The position numbers were made by a program, and so were the translations under genes. From the NCBI GenBank assembly GCA_963808235.1, contig CAWEEQ010000004.1:1760001-1824000 (forward strand): 64,000 nt of DNA, written 5' to 3'. Source of the stretch: an uncultured delta proteobacterium. Lineage in GTDB: Bacteria; Desulfobacterota; Binatia; Binatales; Binataceae. The notes below the pieces were generated by a model. That model did no database searches. It worked only from the letters and a program-made list of their open reading frames with translations, and was not told the origin of the DNA. Shown piece by piece: positions 50,516-60,735 of this stretch (position 1 is its first letter; every line of letters begins with the position of its first letter).

Positions 50516-50595
50516 CAGTGGCGATGGACGCGCGAAGGTGGCTCGGCATACTGTCCGCACTCGGGCTAGACGCGGCATTCTGGTAGGCTTAATCG

Positions 50596-52971
50596 ATGGC
50601 TGAAGGGCAGCCGCGTATAACTGCGTCGGGGATGCGCGCGGCGGGCGCGTACGGGGCGATGATTGCCGCCCTGGTGGTCATTTACCTGGCTATTCGCTCG
50701 TACGGGGAGATGCTTGGAGCGCCCGCTCCGACCAGTGACGCGATTTTCGGATCTGCCGCGGCGCGTGCGAACGCCGGCGAGCTGCTGCACGTGCTGCTCG
50801 CGCTGGTGGTCGTAATCGCGACGGCGCGCGGGCTGGGATCGATTTTCCGCAACGCGCATCAGCCGCCGGTCGTCGGCGAGATAATCGCGGGAATCCTGCT
50901 GGGACCGTCGCTGCTCGGGCGCGTCGCGCCAGGCGCGTCGGCGTACCTGTTTCCGGCCGCGGTCGGCCCGTTTCTGAATATCATCGCGCAGGTCGGCGTG
51001 ATCCTTTACATGTTCCTGGTCGGGCTCGAGCTCGACCCGGCGCTGCTGCGCAAGCGCGGGCACGCGACTATCGCGATCTCCCACGCGAGCATCATCACGC
51101 CGTTTTTGCTCGGCGCATTGATTGCGCTGCTCCTTTATCCGCGCCTGTCGACCAGCGACGTACCGTTCACCTGCTTCTCGCTGTTCCTGGGCGTCTCGAT
51201 GTCGGTGACGGCGTTCCCGGTGCTCGCGAGAATATTGACCGATCGCAAGATTCATAAGACTCGGATGGGTGCGATCGCGCTGACTTGCGCCGCGGTGGAC
51301 GACGTAACCGCGTGGTGCATGCTCGCGTTCGTGGTCAGCGTGGCGCAGTCGGAAAGCACCGGCGCGTTGACGACGATCGCGATGGCGCTCGGGTACATCG
51401 CCCTGATGCTGGTGGTGATACGGCCCGCGATGGTGCGCCTGTCGCTGGTGTACGGAAATCGAGGGCGGCTGACGCAGGGTGTGCTGGCGGCGATCTTCGT
51501 GGCACTGCTCATCTCGGCCTCGGCGACCGAGCTAATCGGGATTCACGCCGTGTTCGGCGCGTTCGCGCTCGGAGCATTGATTCCGCATGACAGCGGGATG
51601 GCGCGCGAACTCTCCGACCGGCTGGAAGATATCGTGATCGTGCTGCTGCTGCCGGCGTTCTTCGCGTACACGGGGCTGCGCACGCAAATCGGCCTAGTCA
51701 GTGGATGGGACCAGTGGATGATTTGCGGGCTGATAGTGATCGTCGCCTCGGCGGGAAAATTCGGCGGCAGCGTGATCGCGGCGCGAATCACCGGTCTCAA
51801 CTGGCGCGACTCGTCGGCGCTCGGCGTGTTGATGAACACCCGCGGGCTGATGGAACTGATCGTGCTGAACATCGGACTCGAGATGAAGGTGATCTCGCCG
51901 ACGCTGTTTGCGATGCTGGTGATCATGGCGCTGGTGACGACCTTTGCGACCACGCCGATTCTGCATCTGATCACGCGCCGCCAGGAGCCGGAGCTGGAAC
52001 CCTCTTCGGCGGAATTCGGAACCTTCTCGCCGGAGCCGGTGATCGCTCAACAACCTTCAAGCCGGTTGCCGCATCCGGCGCCGCGGCCGATTCAGGCTCC
52101 GCCGCGACCGACAATTGCGGCGCACGCGCACAGCGCGATCTTGGTGCCGGTTTCCAATCCCGAGGGCGTCGCGGACCTGATCGAGTTGGCGCTGGCGGCG
52201 ACTCCACACGATGCGCCCGCGCCGCGTGTGCTCGCGCTGGTAAAGACTCCGCCCGGAGGCGCCCGGTCGGGACTGCGAGAAGCCGAGCAGCGGGTGCCAC
52301 CGCGCTCGCTGGCGCTGGCGGCGGCGCTGGATCATGCGGTCGCACGCGGGGGCCAGATTACTCCGCAAGCGGTGTGGACCAATGATCCCGCGACGGACAT
52401 CCTGACGTTCGCGAAAGAGCCGCAAATCGGATGGCTGCTGCTGGGGTCGCATCGCGCGGTATTCGGCTCAGACTTCATGGGCGGCGTGGTCCGCGAGATC
52501 CTGGACCGGGCGCGCGCGATGCCGGTTCATGTCGCCGTGGTCATCCGCGGCGGCGAGCGCCCGCTGGACCGCATCTTCGCCGTGATCGACAAGGGATCGC
52601 ATGGCAAGGCGGCGCTGGACCTGGCGCTCCGAGTTGCGATTCGGAAAAAATCAAGTCTGCACGCGGTGCTGCTGCCGGCCAAAGACAACGCCGCCGATCC
52701 GGAACTGCTCGCGATGATTCGCGACGCGGGTCATACGCTGGGGCGCCGGTTGCATACCGATGTGCTCAGCGCGCCGAGCGCGGCGCAACTCGGCCGGCAA
52801 ACCCCCGGCGGGCTGGTGGTGATCGCGACCAACCTCGCGGACAAAGTGGGACTCTCGCCGGAGAGCTTCGCCGACGGCCGGCGATGCGTCGTGGTGGTCC
52901 AGGGCTCCGATCAGGCGCTGGCAAAAGTCGCGGAGCGCGCAGCGGAACGCAACCGAATCGTGAAGCCGTAG
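50596..52971 (+). CDS. CPA2 cation:proton antiporter with C-terminal USP-like domains
   Basis: QPPVVGEIIAGILLGPS, SVTAFPVLARIL, AAVDDV, MNTRGLMELIVL; ILVPVSNP. Confidence 0.93.
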   Translation: MAEGQPRITASGMRAAGAYGAMIAALVVIYLAIRSYGEMLGAPAPTSDAIFGSAAARANAGELLHVLLALVVVIATARGLGSIFRNAHQPPVVGEIIAGILLGPSLLGRVAPGASAYLFPAAVGPFLNIIAQVGVILYMFLVGLELDPALLRKRGHATIAISHASIITPFLLGALIALLLYPRLSTSDVPFTCFSLFLGVSMSVTAFPVLARILTDRKIHKTRMGAIALTCAAVDDVTAWCMLAFVVSVAQSESTGALTTIAMALGYIALMLVVIRPAMVRLSLVYGNRGRLTQGVLAAIFVALLISASATELIGIHAVFGAFALGALIPHDSGMARELSDRLEDIVIVLLLPAFFAYTGLRTQIGLVSGWDQWMICGLIVIVASAGKFGGSVIAARITGLNWRDSSALGVLMNTRGLMELIVLNIGLEMKVISPTLFAMLVIMALVTTFATTPILHLITRRQEPELEPSSAEFGTFSPEPVIAQQPSSRLPHPAPRPIQAPPRPTIAAHAHSAILVPVSNPEGVADLIELALAATPHDAPAPRVLALVKTPPGGARSGLREAEQRVPPRSLALAAALDHAVARGGQITPQAVWTNDPATDILTFAKEPQIGWLLLGSHRAVFGSDFMGGVVREILDRARAMPVHVAVVIRGGERPLDRIFAVIDKGSHGKAALDLALRVAIRKKSSLHAVLLPAKDNAADPELLAMIRDAGHTLGRRLHTDVLSAPSAAQLGRQTPGGLVVIATNLADKVGLSPESFADGRRCVVVVQGSDQALAKVAERAAERNRIVKP

Positions 52972-52989
52972 GCAGGGCGCCAGCCCCTG

Positions 52990-53587
52990 CTACTTCTTGA
53001 TTGCTTCCACGTCTATCGAAATTGCCACTTCGTCGCCGACCATCACGCCACCGGTTTCGAGCGTTTTATTGTAGGTGAGGCCGAAATCGCTGCGGTTGAT
53101 CTTGGCCGTGGCTGAGGCGCCCGCGCGCGTGTTGCCCATCGGATCGTGAATCGGCGCGCCGCTGCTTTCGACCTCGAGGACGACCGGTTTGGTGACTCCA
53201 TGCAAGGTCAGATCGCCGGTTACTTTCCATTTACCCGTGCCGGAGGCTTCAATCCTGGTCGATTTGAAGGTGATAGTCGGGTACTTTTCGAACGTCGAGA
53301 AAGTTTGAACTCTTCAAGTCAGCGTCGCGGCGCGGGACGCGGCTGTTCAGCGATGACGCGTCGATGGTTGCGTCGATTTTCGCGGTAGTCGGATCGGTGC
53401 CCTGGATGGTGATGGTCCCCGAGGTTTTCTCGAAATTTCCCTTGACGTTGGAGATCATCATATGACGCACCGTAAACTCGACGTTGGTGTGCATGGGATC
53501 GATCTGCCAGGTGTCGGCATGAGCGAGGACGGGTAGCGCGAGGCTGATTGCAAGCGCGATTGCTGATTTCGAAATCCAGGGTCTCAT
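52990..53587 (-). CDS. yceI: YceI-family periplasmic protein split by an apparent +1 frameshift at 53291-53292
   Basis: WQIDPMHT.VEF.VRHMMISNVKG..RDADLK; removing one base gives LDVEKYPTITFKS..GDLTLHGVTKPV..INRSDFGL. Confidence 0.88.
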
Positions 53588-53754
53588 AGAGGCTCCTTCG
53601 ATGGTTGAGCGGTTGTTGGGATCGATGCGCGCCGAAAAAGCATTCGGCCAAGATTGCCTCATCTCGATGCGTTTGGGTAGCCGGGAATCAAATTGCACCG
53701 GTGAGAGTATCTTTTCGACTGAGTCGCACGTCCTACCTATGAGAGGAGTCTGAA

Positions 53755-54744
53755 ATGTTCGAAGAACCCGCTTCCGACCAAATGGCAAAGCAACTGCGCG
53801 AGGCCTGGTTCCGCTATCTCAATGCAATCGGACCGGTTCGTCCCGCGCTGTATCGCTATTGCCGGCGCATTACCCGCGACATTTGGGAGGCAGAGGACCT
53901 GTTGCAGGAAACGATGCTCAAGGGGTTTGGCTCGATCGGACGTGGAGATTTGTGCGGCGGCCCTGACGCGCCGGTAAGAGATTCGCGCGCATATCTTTTC
54001 CGAATAGCGACCAATCTCTGGATTGACCAGGTGCGGCGCAGTCAAATCAGGTGGGACGAAGACGCAGGAAAGCCTTCGACCCAGCCGGAACAGGCGGTAT
54101 CGACCCGGGATGCGGTCTCGGTCCTGGTCGCACGCGTGGCACCGCAACAACGCGCCGCGGTGGTGCTCAAAGACGTGTTTAATTTTACCCTGGAGGAGAT
54201 CGCAGAGATGCTGTCGACTACGGTCGGCGCAATCAAGTCAGCTTTGCATCGAGGGCGCGCAAACCTGGAGAAAACGAAAGGTATCGGGCGCTCCATGTCC
54301 CGAGGCCCATCGAAAGAGCTGATCGATCGCCTGGTCGAGGCGTTCAATTCGCGTGATGTAGACCGGGTGACGGCCCTATTGTTGGAGAACGTGACGCTCG
54401 AAGTGCCCGGAGTTGGCGGCGACCGCGGCAAAAATATGAGCTGGCTGCGCACATCCTCCGAGGAATCGACCGCAGAGGCCGTGATGTATGACGGCGAGTG
54501 GATCGTTGTGCAATGGGGCGGTCCACGGTCTGCCCGGATCCTGGTGACGGTTGAACGTTTTGAAGAAGAAGACGGGTGTGTCGGCCGAATATACGAATAC
54601 TTCTACTGTCCTGAAACGCTTGCGGAGATCGCCAGCGAACTTGGATCTCGGGCACGGCCGCACGGGCATCACCAGCTTCCCGACGTTTTGTCGAGGATGA
54701 TTTCGTCGGCCGCCCTTCCCTGGAACTCAACCTCGATCGGATAA
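53755..54744 (+). CDS. ECF sigma factor with C-terminal SnoaL-like extension
   Basis: AEDLLQET, AYLFRIATNLWID, EIAEML.TT.GAIKSALHRGR; C-terminal LVEAFNSRD. Confidence 0.92.
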   Translation: MFEEPASDQMAKQLREAWFRYLNAIGPVRPALYRYCRRITRDIWEAEDLLQETMLKGFGSIGRGDLCGGPDAPVRDSRAYLFRIATNLWIDQVRRSQIRWDEDAGKPSTQPEQAVSTRDAVSVLVARVAPQQRAAVVLKDVFNFTLEEIAEMLSTTVGAIKSALHRGRANLEKTKGIGRSMSRGPSKELIDRLVEAFNSRDVDRVTALLLENVTLEVPGVGGDRGKNMSWLRTSSEESTAEAVMYDGEWIVVQWGGPRSARILVTVERFEEEDGCVGRIYEYFYCPETLAEIASELGSRARPHGHHQLPDVLSRMISSAALPWNSTSIG

Positions 54745-54783
54745 CCTCCTCCCGTCGCGGGCGTCTTTCGCCGGGCTATCCAG

Positions 54784-56088
54784 TCAATCGGCGGATTCAG
54801 ATCTTCCTACGGACTTCAGGCGGGTTAGCAGGACGATGCCTGATAGGAGCGTGACCGCGCCGCATATTACTACCGTTCCTTCAGGGCCGAAGTGACTGCC
54901 CATGTAGCCTACTTCGAGTGCTCCTAGCGGAGTCATCCCGACTGCGGCGAGTTGATAGGTGCTCATCACGCGGCCGCGCAGGTCGTCGGAGACGAATAGC
55001 TGCACCAGCGTGTTGTTGCTCGCTCTGAAGTTGGTCAGGCCCGCGCCGATGACGAGCTGCGCGACCATCGAGAGAATCATCGAGCGCGACATCCCGAAGA
55101 CTGCGATTCCGAGCGCGGAGACGAATAGCCCGAGGATCAGATTGTTTCTGATCCCCGTCGTCGTGGTGCGTCTGGCGAGAGTCGCGGCGCCGAGAACGGA
55201 GCCGAGTCCCTGGATTGCGACCAGAAATCCGTAAGTGCGCGCGTCACCGTGCAGCACGTTCTTCGCGAACAGCGGGACGAGCACCAGATATTGGTAGCCG
55301 AAGCCGTTGGTCACCGCCGCCAAAGCCATCTGATGGAAGATCGGCCGATTGGCCCATACGTAGGCAAGTCCTTCGCGCAGTTGATGGAACATGCGGGTGC
55401 CGATACCGGCGATCAAGCGGGCGGGGATGTCCATCTGAAAGAGGCTCCAGATGACGGCGAGAAAACTGAGGCCGTTCAGAAAGAAACAGGTCCCGATACC
55501 GAGCCATGCGATGAGCAAACCCGCGGCGGCCGGGCCGAGCATCCGCGCGCTGTTGAACATCATCGAGTTGAGCGCGATCGCATTGGCGAGATCTTCGTAA
55601 CCAACCATCTCAACTACGAACGATTGGCGGCCGGGCATATCGAACGATCCGACGGTGCCGTTGAACGCGGCGAGCAGGATCACGTACTCGACGCGAACGG
55701 TGCCGGTCCAGGTCAGCGTCGCCAGGGTGAAGGCGCTCAGCATCAGCAGAATCTGGGTGGCGATTATCAGGCGGCGACGATCGAGTCGGTCGACCATGAC
55801 GCCGGCGAACAAGCCGACCAGCAGGATGGGAGTGAATTGCGCGAACGAGACGACGCCGAGCATGAAAGAGGAATTCGTCAGCTTCAGCACCAGCCACGCC
55901 TGCGCGGCGGATTGCATCCAGGTGCCGGCGAGCGAGACGAGCTGGCCGAAGAAATATAGGCGATAGTTGCGATGACGCAGCGCGCGGAAGGCGCCGCGGC
56001 TCTCGCTTGGTGTGTCGTTGTCGTCCGACGGTTGGAGCTGGCCGGGCTCGCCAGTCTCCGCCCCGGGCGCAGAATCGAATTCAGACAC
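54784..56088 (-). CDS. MFS transporter (MFS_3/DHA3-like)
   Basis: FRALRHRNYRLYF.GQLVSL.GTWMQ, DRLDRRR, DDLRGRVMS; GTG start overlapping the upstream stop. Confidence 0.92.
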   Translation of the reverse strand: MSEFDSAPGAETGEPGQLQPSDDNDTPSESRGAFRALRHRNYRLYFFGQLVSLAGTWMQSAAQAWLVLKLTNSSFMLGVVSFAQFTPILLVGLFAGVMVDRLDRRRLIIATQILLMLSAFTLATLTWTGTVRVEYVILLAAFNGTVGSFDMPGRQSFVVEMVGYEDLANAIALNSMMFNSARMLGPAAAGLLIAWLGIGTCFFLNGLSFLAVIWSLFQMDIPARLIAGIGTRMFHQLREGLAYVWANRPIFHQMALAAVTNGFGYQYLVLVPLFAKNVLHGDARTYGFLVAIQGLGSVLGAATLARRTTTTGIRNNLILGLFVSALGIAVFGMSRSMILSMVAQLVIGAGLTNFRASNNTLVQLFVSDDLRGRVMSTYQLAAVGMTPLGALEVGYMGSHFGPEGTVVICGAVTLLSGIVLLTRLKSVGRSESAD

Positions 56089-56836
56089 GGCGGGCCGACT
56101 TGTTGTTGAAGGCCGCGATGCGATCGCGCATGTCGGGACCGACGCCCGCGTTTCGATAAACTTCGTACGAGAGGCCGGCGCCGAGCGGCAGGCCATCGGT
56201 CTCGATCAGGAGGCGCTTGTTGGCGCGATGGCTGAACCATGAGTTGGCGAGAATGGTCGCGGCGAGCTTGCGCAGTTCGGCGTCGAAGGAGTCATCAGGA
56301 ACGCAGATATTCGCGAGGCCCATCGCGACGGCCTCGACGCCAGAGTAAGTGCGGCAGGTCAGCATCATCTCGCGCGCCTTCGAGACACCGACCCGCCTCG
56401 GCAGGCGCTGACTCATCCCCCAGATCGGAGTAAGCGCCCATCGCGCGTGAGTATCGGCGAATTTTGCGGACTCGGACGCGACAATCAGATCGCCGGCCAG
56501 CGCTAGCTCGAGCGCGCCCGTGTAGCAATGTCCGTGAACCGCGGAGACGACCGGTTGCGGCAGGTTCGCCAGGTGCTCGATAGTGTCGGACTGGAAGTTG
56601 GGCTTCGGCGGGCGCTCGCCCTTTGCGATGTCGGCGAGATCGTGGCCCGCGGAAAAACATTTGCCCGCGCCGCGGACGATGACCAGGCCTATACGATCGG
56701 TCTCGCTGGCAATCCGATCGACGTGGGCGCGGAGCTCGATGAACATCTCGACGTTCAGCGAATTCAGTTTCTCGGGGCGATTCAGGGTGAGAGTCGCGAG
56801 GCCGTCATGATCTTCGCGAAGCACTAATTCGGACAT
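56081..56836 (-). CDS. Enoyl-CoA hydratase/isomerase family protein
   Basis: LTLNRPEKLN, FSAGHDL, GALELALAGD, KFADTH. Confidence 0.93.
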   Translation of the reverse strand: MSELVLREDHDGLATLTLNRPEKLNSLNVEMFIELRAHVDRIASETDRIGLVIVRGAGKCFSAGHDLADIAKGERPPKPNFQSDTIEHLANLPQPVVSAVHGHCYTGALELALAGDLIVASESAKFADTHARWALTPIWGMSQRLPRRVGVSKAREMMLTCRTYSGVEAVAMGLANICVPDDSFDAELRKLAATILANSWFSHRANKRLLIETDGLPLGAGLSYEVYRNAGVGPDMRDRIAAFNNKSARRV

Positions 56837-56955
56837 GATGGGTTTCCTCCGATCGAAGATCGCAGACTAACTACCATGGTCGAGGTTCGCAATTGCGATT
56901 GCGGCGTATTAAAGATTCGATGAGACGATATCCGGTGAGTGGCCAGGAGTAATCG

Positions 56956-58506
56956 ATGAGTCGGATGAATGGCGCGGAGAGCCTGATTCGAGTTGCGCTC
57001 GCCGCGGGCGTCGATACTTGTTTCGCAAATCCGGGCACGACCGAGATGCCACTGGTCGCGGCGCTCGACTCGGTACCCGGGATGCGCGCGGTGCTCGGCT
57101 TGTTCGAGGGTGTGTGCACCGGCGCCGCGGATGGATACGCGAGGATGTCGCGCAAGCCCGCGATGACGCTGTTGCATCTTGGGCCGGGGCTCGCCAACGG
57201 GCTCGCGAATCTGCACAACGCGCGGCGTGCGCATACGCCGGTCGTGAACGTGATAGGAGATCACGCGACGTGGCATCGCGGGGCCGACGCGCCACTCACG
57301 AGCGACATCGTATCGCTCGCGTCGCCAATGTCCGGATGGGTGGGGACGAGCAAATCGGCGCATGCAGTCGGCGGTGATATGGCCGATGCGATTGCGGCGT
57401 CGATGGCTCCGCCCGGACAGGTCGCGACGTTGATCGTACCGTCGGACTGTCAGTGGGACGACGCAGAGACAGTAGCGACTCCTCGCGCAGTTGCGAAGTC
57501 GGCGAAGGTCGCAGACGGCACTATCGCGCGCATCGCAACGATTCTCAAAAGTGGCAAACCGGCGACGATCCTGCTGGGCGGACACGCGCTGTCGGAACAA
57601 GGACTCAAGACGGCGGCGAGAATCGCAGCAGGCTCGGGATGCTCGCTGATGGTCGAGACGTTTGCGGCGCGGATCGAGCGAGGCGCCGGAATTCCGTCGC
57701 CGGCTCGTCTCCCCTACTTTCCCGAGCAGGCAATCGAGGCACTGAAGGACACCGGGACTCTCGTTCTTGCCGCGGCGCTCGAGCCGGTCGCGTTTTTCGG
57801 CTACCCCCGGCTGCCAAGCAAACTCGCGCCTGAAGGATGCAACGTCGAGGTGCTTGCGACAGTTGCGGAAGACGTAGGCGGCGCGCTGGAGCATCTCGCG
57901 GATGCGATCGGCGCGCCGAAGACGGTTGCCTCAGCACCGAGCAAACCGCCGCCACGACCGGCGGGCAAGCTCGACCCGGTGAGCCTCGGCGCCGCGCTCG
58001 CCAACCTTCAGCCCGACGGTGCGATTATCGTCGATGAAAGCGCGACTTCTGGCGGCGCTTACTCCTCGATGGCTCCTGGAGCCGCCCGGCACACCTGCCT
58101 TGCGCTGACCGGCGGTGCGATTGGTCAAGGACTTCCCTGTGCGACCGGCGCAGCGATCGCATGTCCCGACCGGCGCGTGATATCGCTCCAGGCGGACGGC
58201 AGCGCGATGTACACGGTCCAGGCGCTGTGGACGCAGGCGCGCGAGCGGCTCAACGTCACGACGCTTTTGTGCTCGAACCATGCCTACCGGATTCTGCAGA
58301 TCGAGTTGATGCGCGCGGGCACCACCGAACCGGGCCACAACGCGCGGACCCTGACCGACCTTGCTTCACCGGAGATCGGATGGGCCGAGATAGCTCGCGG
58401 GCTCGGAGTGCCGGGGGTGCGAGTCGAGACTGCGGATGATTTGATGAAGCATCTGGGAGATGCGCTCAAAGCCGAGGGGCCTCATCTGATTGAAGTAATG
58501 CTCTGA
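56956..58506 (+). CDS. TPP-binding enzyme, acetolactate synthase large subunit-like
   Basis: FANPGTTE, GAADGYARM, QADGSAMY...N TPP motif. Confidence 0.92.
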   Translation: MSRMNGAESLIRVALAAGVDTCFANPGTTEMPLVAALDSVPGMRAVLGLFEGVCTGAADGYARMSRKPAMTLLHLGPGLANGLANLHNARRAHTPVVNVIGDHATWHRGADAPLTSDIVSLASPMSGWVGTSKSAHAVGGDMADAIAASMAPPGQVATLIVPSDCQWDDAETVATPRAVAKSAKVADGTIARIATILKSGKPATILLGGHALSEQGLKTAARIAAGSGCSLMVETFAARIERGAGIPSPARLPYFPEQAIEALKDTGTLVLAAALEPVAFFGYPRLPSKLAPEGCNVEVLATVAEDVGGALEHLADAIGAPKTVASAPSKPPPRPAGKLDPVSLGAALANLQPDGAIIVDESATSGGAYSSMAPGAARHTCLALTGGAIGQGLPCATGAAIACPDRRVISLQADGSAMYTVQALWTQARERLNVTTLLCSNHAYRILQIELMRAGTTEPGHNARTLTDLASPEIGWAEIARGLGVPGVRVETADDLMKHLGDALKAEGPHLIEVML

Positions 58507-58575
58507 GTAACGAAACCAGCTATACGAGTGAGTAATCTCGTTTTAACGAATAAGTAATGCCTTCGGGAGGTTGAT

Positions 58576-59484
58576 ATGAGCGAAAATATAATCCGGGTCA
58601 CTGAGCTTGGCTATATGGGTGTCGGAGTAAAAAACCTCGAGGAGTGGAAGAATTTCGCGACTAGTATAGTTGGGTTGGAGCTCGCGGATGAAGGCGAGCC
58701 GGATCGATGCTATTTGCGGATGGACTATCAGCATCATCGAATCGTCCTGCACGCCGATGGCAGCGATGATCTGTCATACCTGGGTTTTCGCGTAGCGGGC
58801 GCGGAGGAATTCGCGGCGATGCAGGGTCAGCTAGCCGCGTCGGGAATAAAATTTCGGGTTGGCTCACAGGAAGAGGCCGCCGAGCGCCGGGTGCTCGAAG
58901 TCCTCAAACTGAACGACCCTGACGGGAATCCGATCGAGATATTCCATGGGCCGCTGGTTGAATTCAGCAAACCGTTTCATCCCGGCCGCGCGATGCATGG
59001 ACGCTTCAAGACTGGAACAGGTGGACTCGGCCATACCATCATACGCGAAAAAGACATTACCGCCGCGCAACGTTTCTATACTCAGTTGGGAATGCGTGGC
59101 GGAGTGGAATACAAGATTCCAATGGGGAAGCAATCTCTCGACTTGGTATTCATGCATTGCAATGATCGCGATCACACCGTGGCGTTTGGCGTCCCGGGAT
59201 CGGACCGGAGAATCAATCATCTGATGATCGAAGTGGATAGTCTGGACGACGTTGGACTGACCTATGATTTGGTTCGCAAGAACAAGATCCCGGTCACAAT
59301 CACACCGGGCAAACATTCAAACGACCATATGTACTCATTCTACTTTCGCAATCCCTCCGGATGGATGTTCGAGTATGGATGGGGCGCGCGGGCCGCTACC
59401 TATCAGTCGGAACACCATAACGGCGATATGTATGGGCATCAGTTCCAGGCCGACGCTTTCGATGTGAACACGGAAAAGCGATAA
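58576..59484 (+). CDS. Extradiol ring-cleavage dioxygenase (BphC/HsaC-type VOC)
   Basis: LGYMG, GLGH, FMHCNDRDH, INHLMIEV, GKHSNDHMYSFYFRNPSGW.FEYGW. Confidence 0.93.
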   Translation: MSENIIRVTELGYMGVGVKNLEEWKNFATSIVGLELADEGEPDRCYLRMDYQHHRIVLHADGSDDLSYLGFRVAGAEEFAAMQGQLAASGIKFRVGSQEEAAERRVLEVLKLNDPDGNPIEIFHGPLVEFSKPFHPGRAMHGRFKTGTGGLGHTIIREKDITAAQRFYTQLGMRGGVEYKIPMGKQSLDLVFMHCNDRDHTVAFGVPGSDRRINHLMIEVDSLDDVGLTYDLVRKNKIPVTITPGKHSNDHMYSFYFRNPSGWMFEYGWGARAATYQSEHHNGDMYGHQFQADAFDVNTEKR

Positions 59485-59550
59485 GTAATTGAATCTTGAA
59501 TCGCAGAGAATCTTGAATCGCGAAGTCAGACCTAATAGGACCAGTGGTAT

Positions 59551-60735
59551 ATGAGCGATCTTGAAACCTTTCGTAAAGAAACGCGGGCATGGCTCGAGGC
59601 CAACTGCCCAGCCGAAATGCGCCGTCCGATGCAGAGTGAAGAAGAAACCTGCTGGGGCGGCCGGCATTGGAAATTCCAATCCGATGCGCAGCGACTTTGG
59701 CTCGAACGCATGGGAGAAAAGGGCTGGACGGTGCCCGAATGGCCGCGTGAGTATGGCGGCGGCGGACTCTCACGCGATCAGGCAAAAATCCTGGGCCAGG
59801 AGATGCGCGCGATCAATGCGCGCTCCCCGCTGAGCAGTTTCGGGATCTGGATGCTTGGCCCCGCGCTGCTCAAGTATGGATCGGAAGAACAGAAGCACGA
59901 GCATCTGCCGAAAATCGCGCGCGGCGAGATTCGATGGTGCCAGGGATATTCGGAACCGGGCTCGGGCTCCGACCTCGCGTCGCTGCAGACCCGCGCCGAG
60001 GACAAGGGCGATCAGTTCCTCGTAAACGGATCGAAGATTTGGACCTCGTACGCCGACCACGCCGACTGGATCTTCTGCCTGGTCCGCACCGACCCGAACG
60101 CGCCCAAACACGACGGAATCAGTTTTCTGCTGTTCGACATGGAGAGTCCCGGCGTCTCGACCAAGCCGATCACTCTCATCTCAGGCGCATCGCCATTTTG
60201 CCAGACTTTTTTCGACGACGTGCTGGTGCCGAAGGCGAACCTGGTCGGCAAACTGAACAAGGGATGGGATATCGCGAAGTATCTGCTCACACACGAGCGC
60301 GACATGATCGGCGGCATGGGCACCAGCGCCGCGGACAATCGCTCGCTCGGGCAGATTGCGAGCGAGACGATCGGAACTGAGAATGGAGTGCTCGCCGACA
60401 CGATTTTGCGCGGCCAGATCGCGGCGTTGGAGATCGACGCGCTCGCGTTCCGGCTCACGATGGAACGCGTCGGCGACATGGCCAAGGTCGGGCAGGCGCA
60501 TCCGGCGGTTTCCTCGCTGCTCAAATATTACGGCACCGAGCTTAACAAACGGCGGATGGAATTGGTCATGGCAGCAGGCGGTTCCGACGCGCTGGAATGG
60601 GAAGGAGAGCACTCGCGCGAAGGACGCACCGCGCGCGCATGGTTGCGCTCGAAAGCCAACTCGATCGAGGGCGGGACCAGCGAGGTTCAGTTGAACATCG
60701 TCGCCAAACGAATTCTGGGCTTGCCGGGCGCGTAA
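59551..60735 (+). CDS. Acyl-CoA dehydrogenase, catalytic subunit
   Basis: WCQGYSEPGSGSDLASL, NGSKIWTS, NSIEGGTSEVQ. Confidence 0.95.
   Translation: MSDLETFRKETRAWLEANCPAEMRRPMQSEEETCWGGRHWKFQSDAQRLWLERMGEKGWTVPEWPREYGGGGLSRDQAKILGQEMRAINARSPLSSFGIWMLGPALLKYGSEEQKHEHLPKIARGEIRWCQGYSEPGSGSDLASLQTRAEDKGDQFLVNGSKIWTSYADHADWIFCLVRTDPNAPKHDGISFLLFDMESPGVSTKPITLISGASPFCQTFFDDVLVPKANLVGKLNKGWDIAKYLLTHERDMIGGMGTSAADNRSLGQIASETIGTENGVLADTILRGQIAALEIDALAFRLTMERVGDMAKVGQAHPAVSSLLKYYGTELNKRRMELVMAAGGSDALEWEGEHSREGRTARAWLRSKANSIEGGTSEVQLNIVAKRILGLPGA

Noticed and set aside
53249-53300. Programmed ribosomal frameshifting in yceI
   Set aside because: No convincing slippery site with a stimulatory structure, and the same 1-nt anomaly occurs in an unrelated gene.
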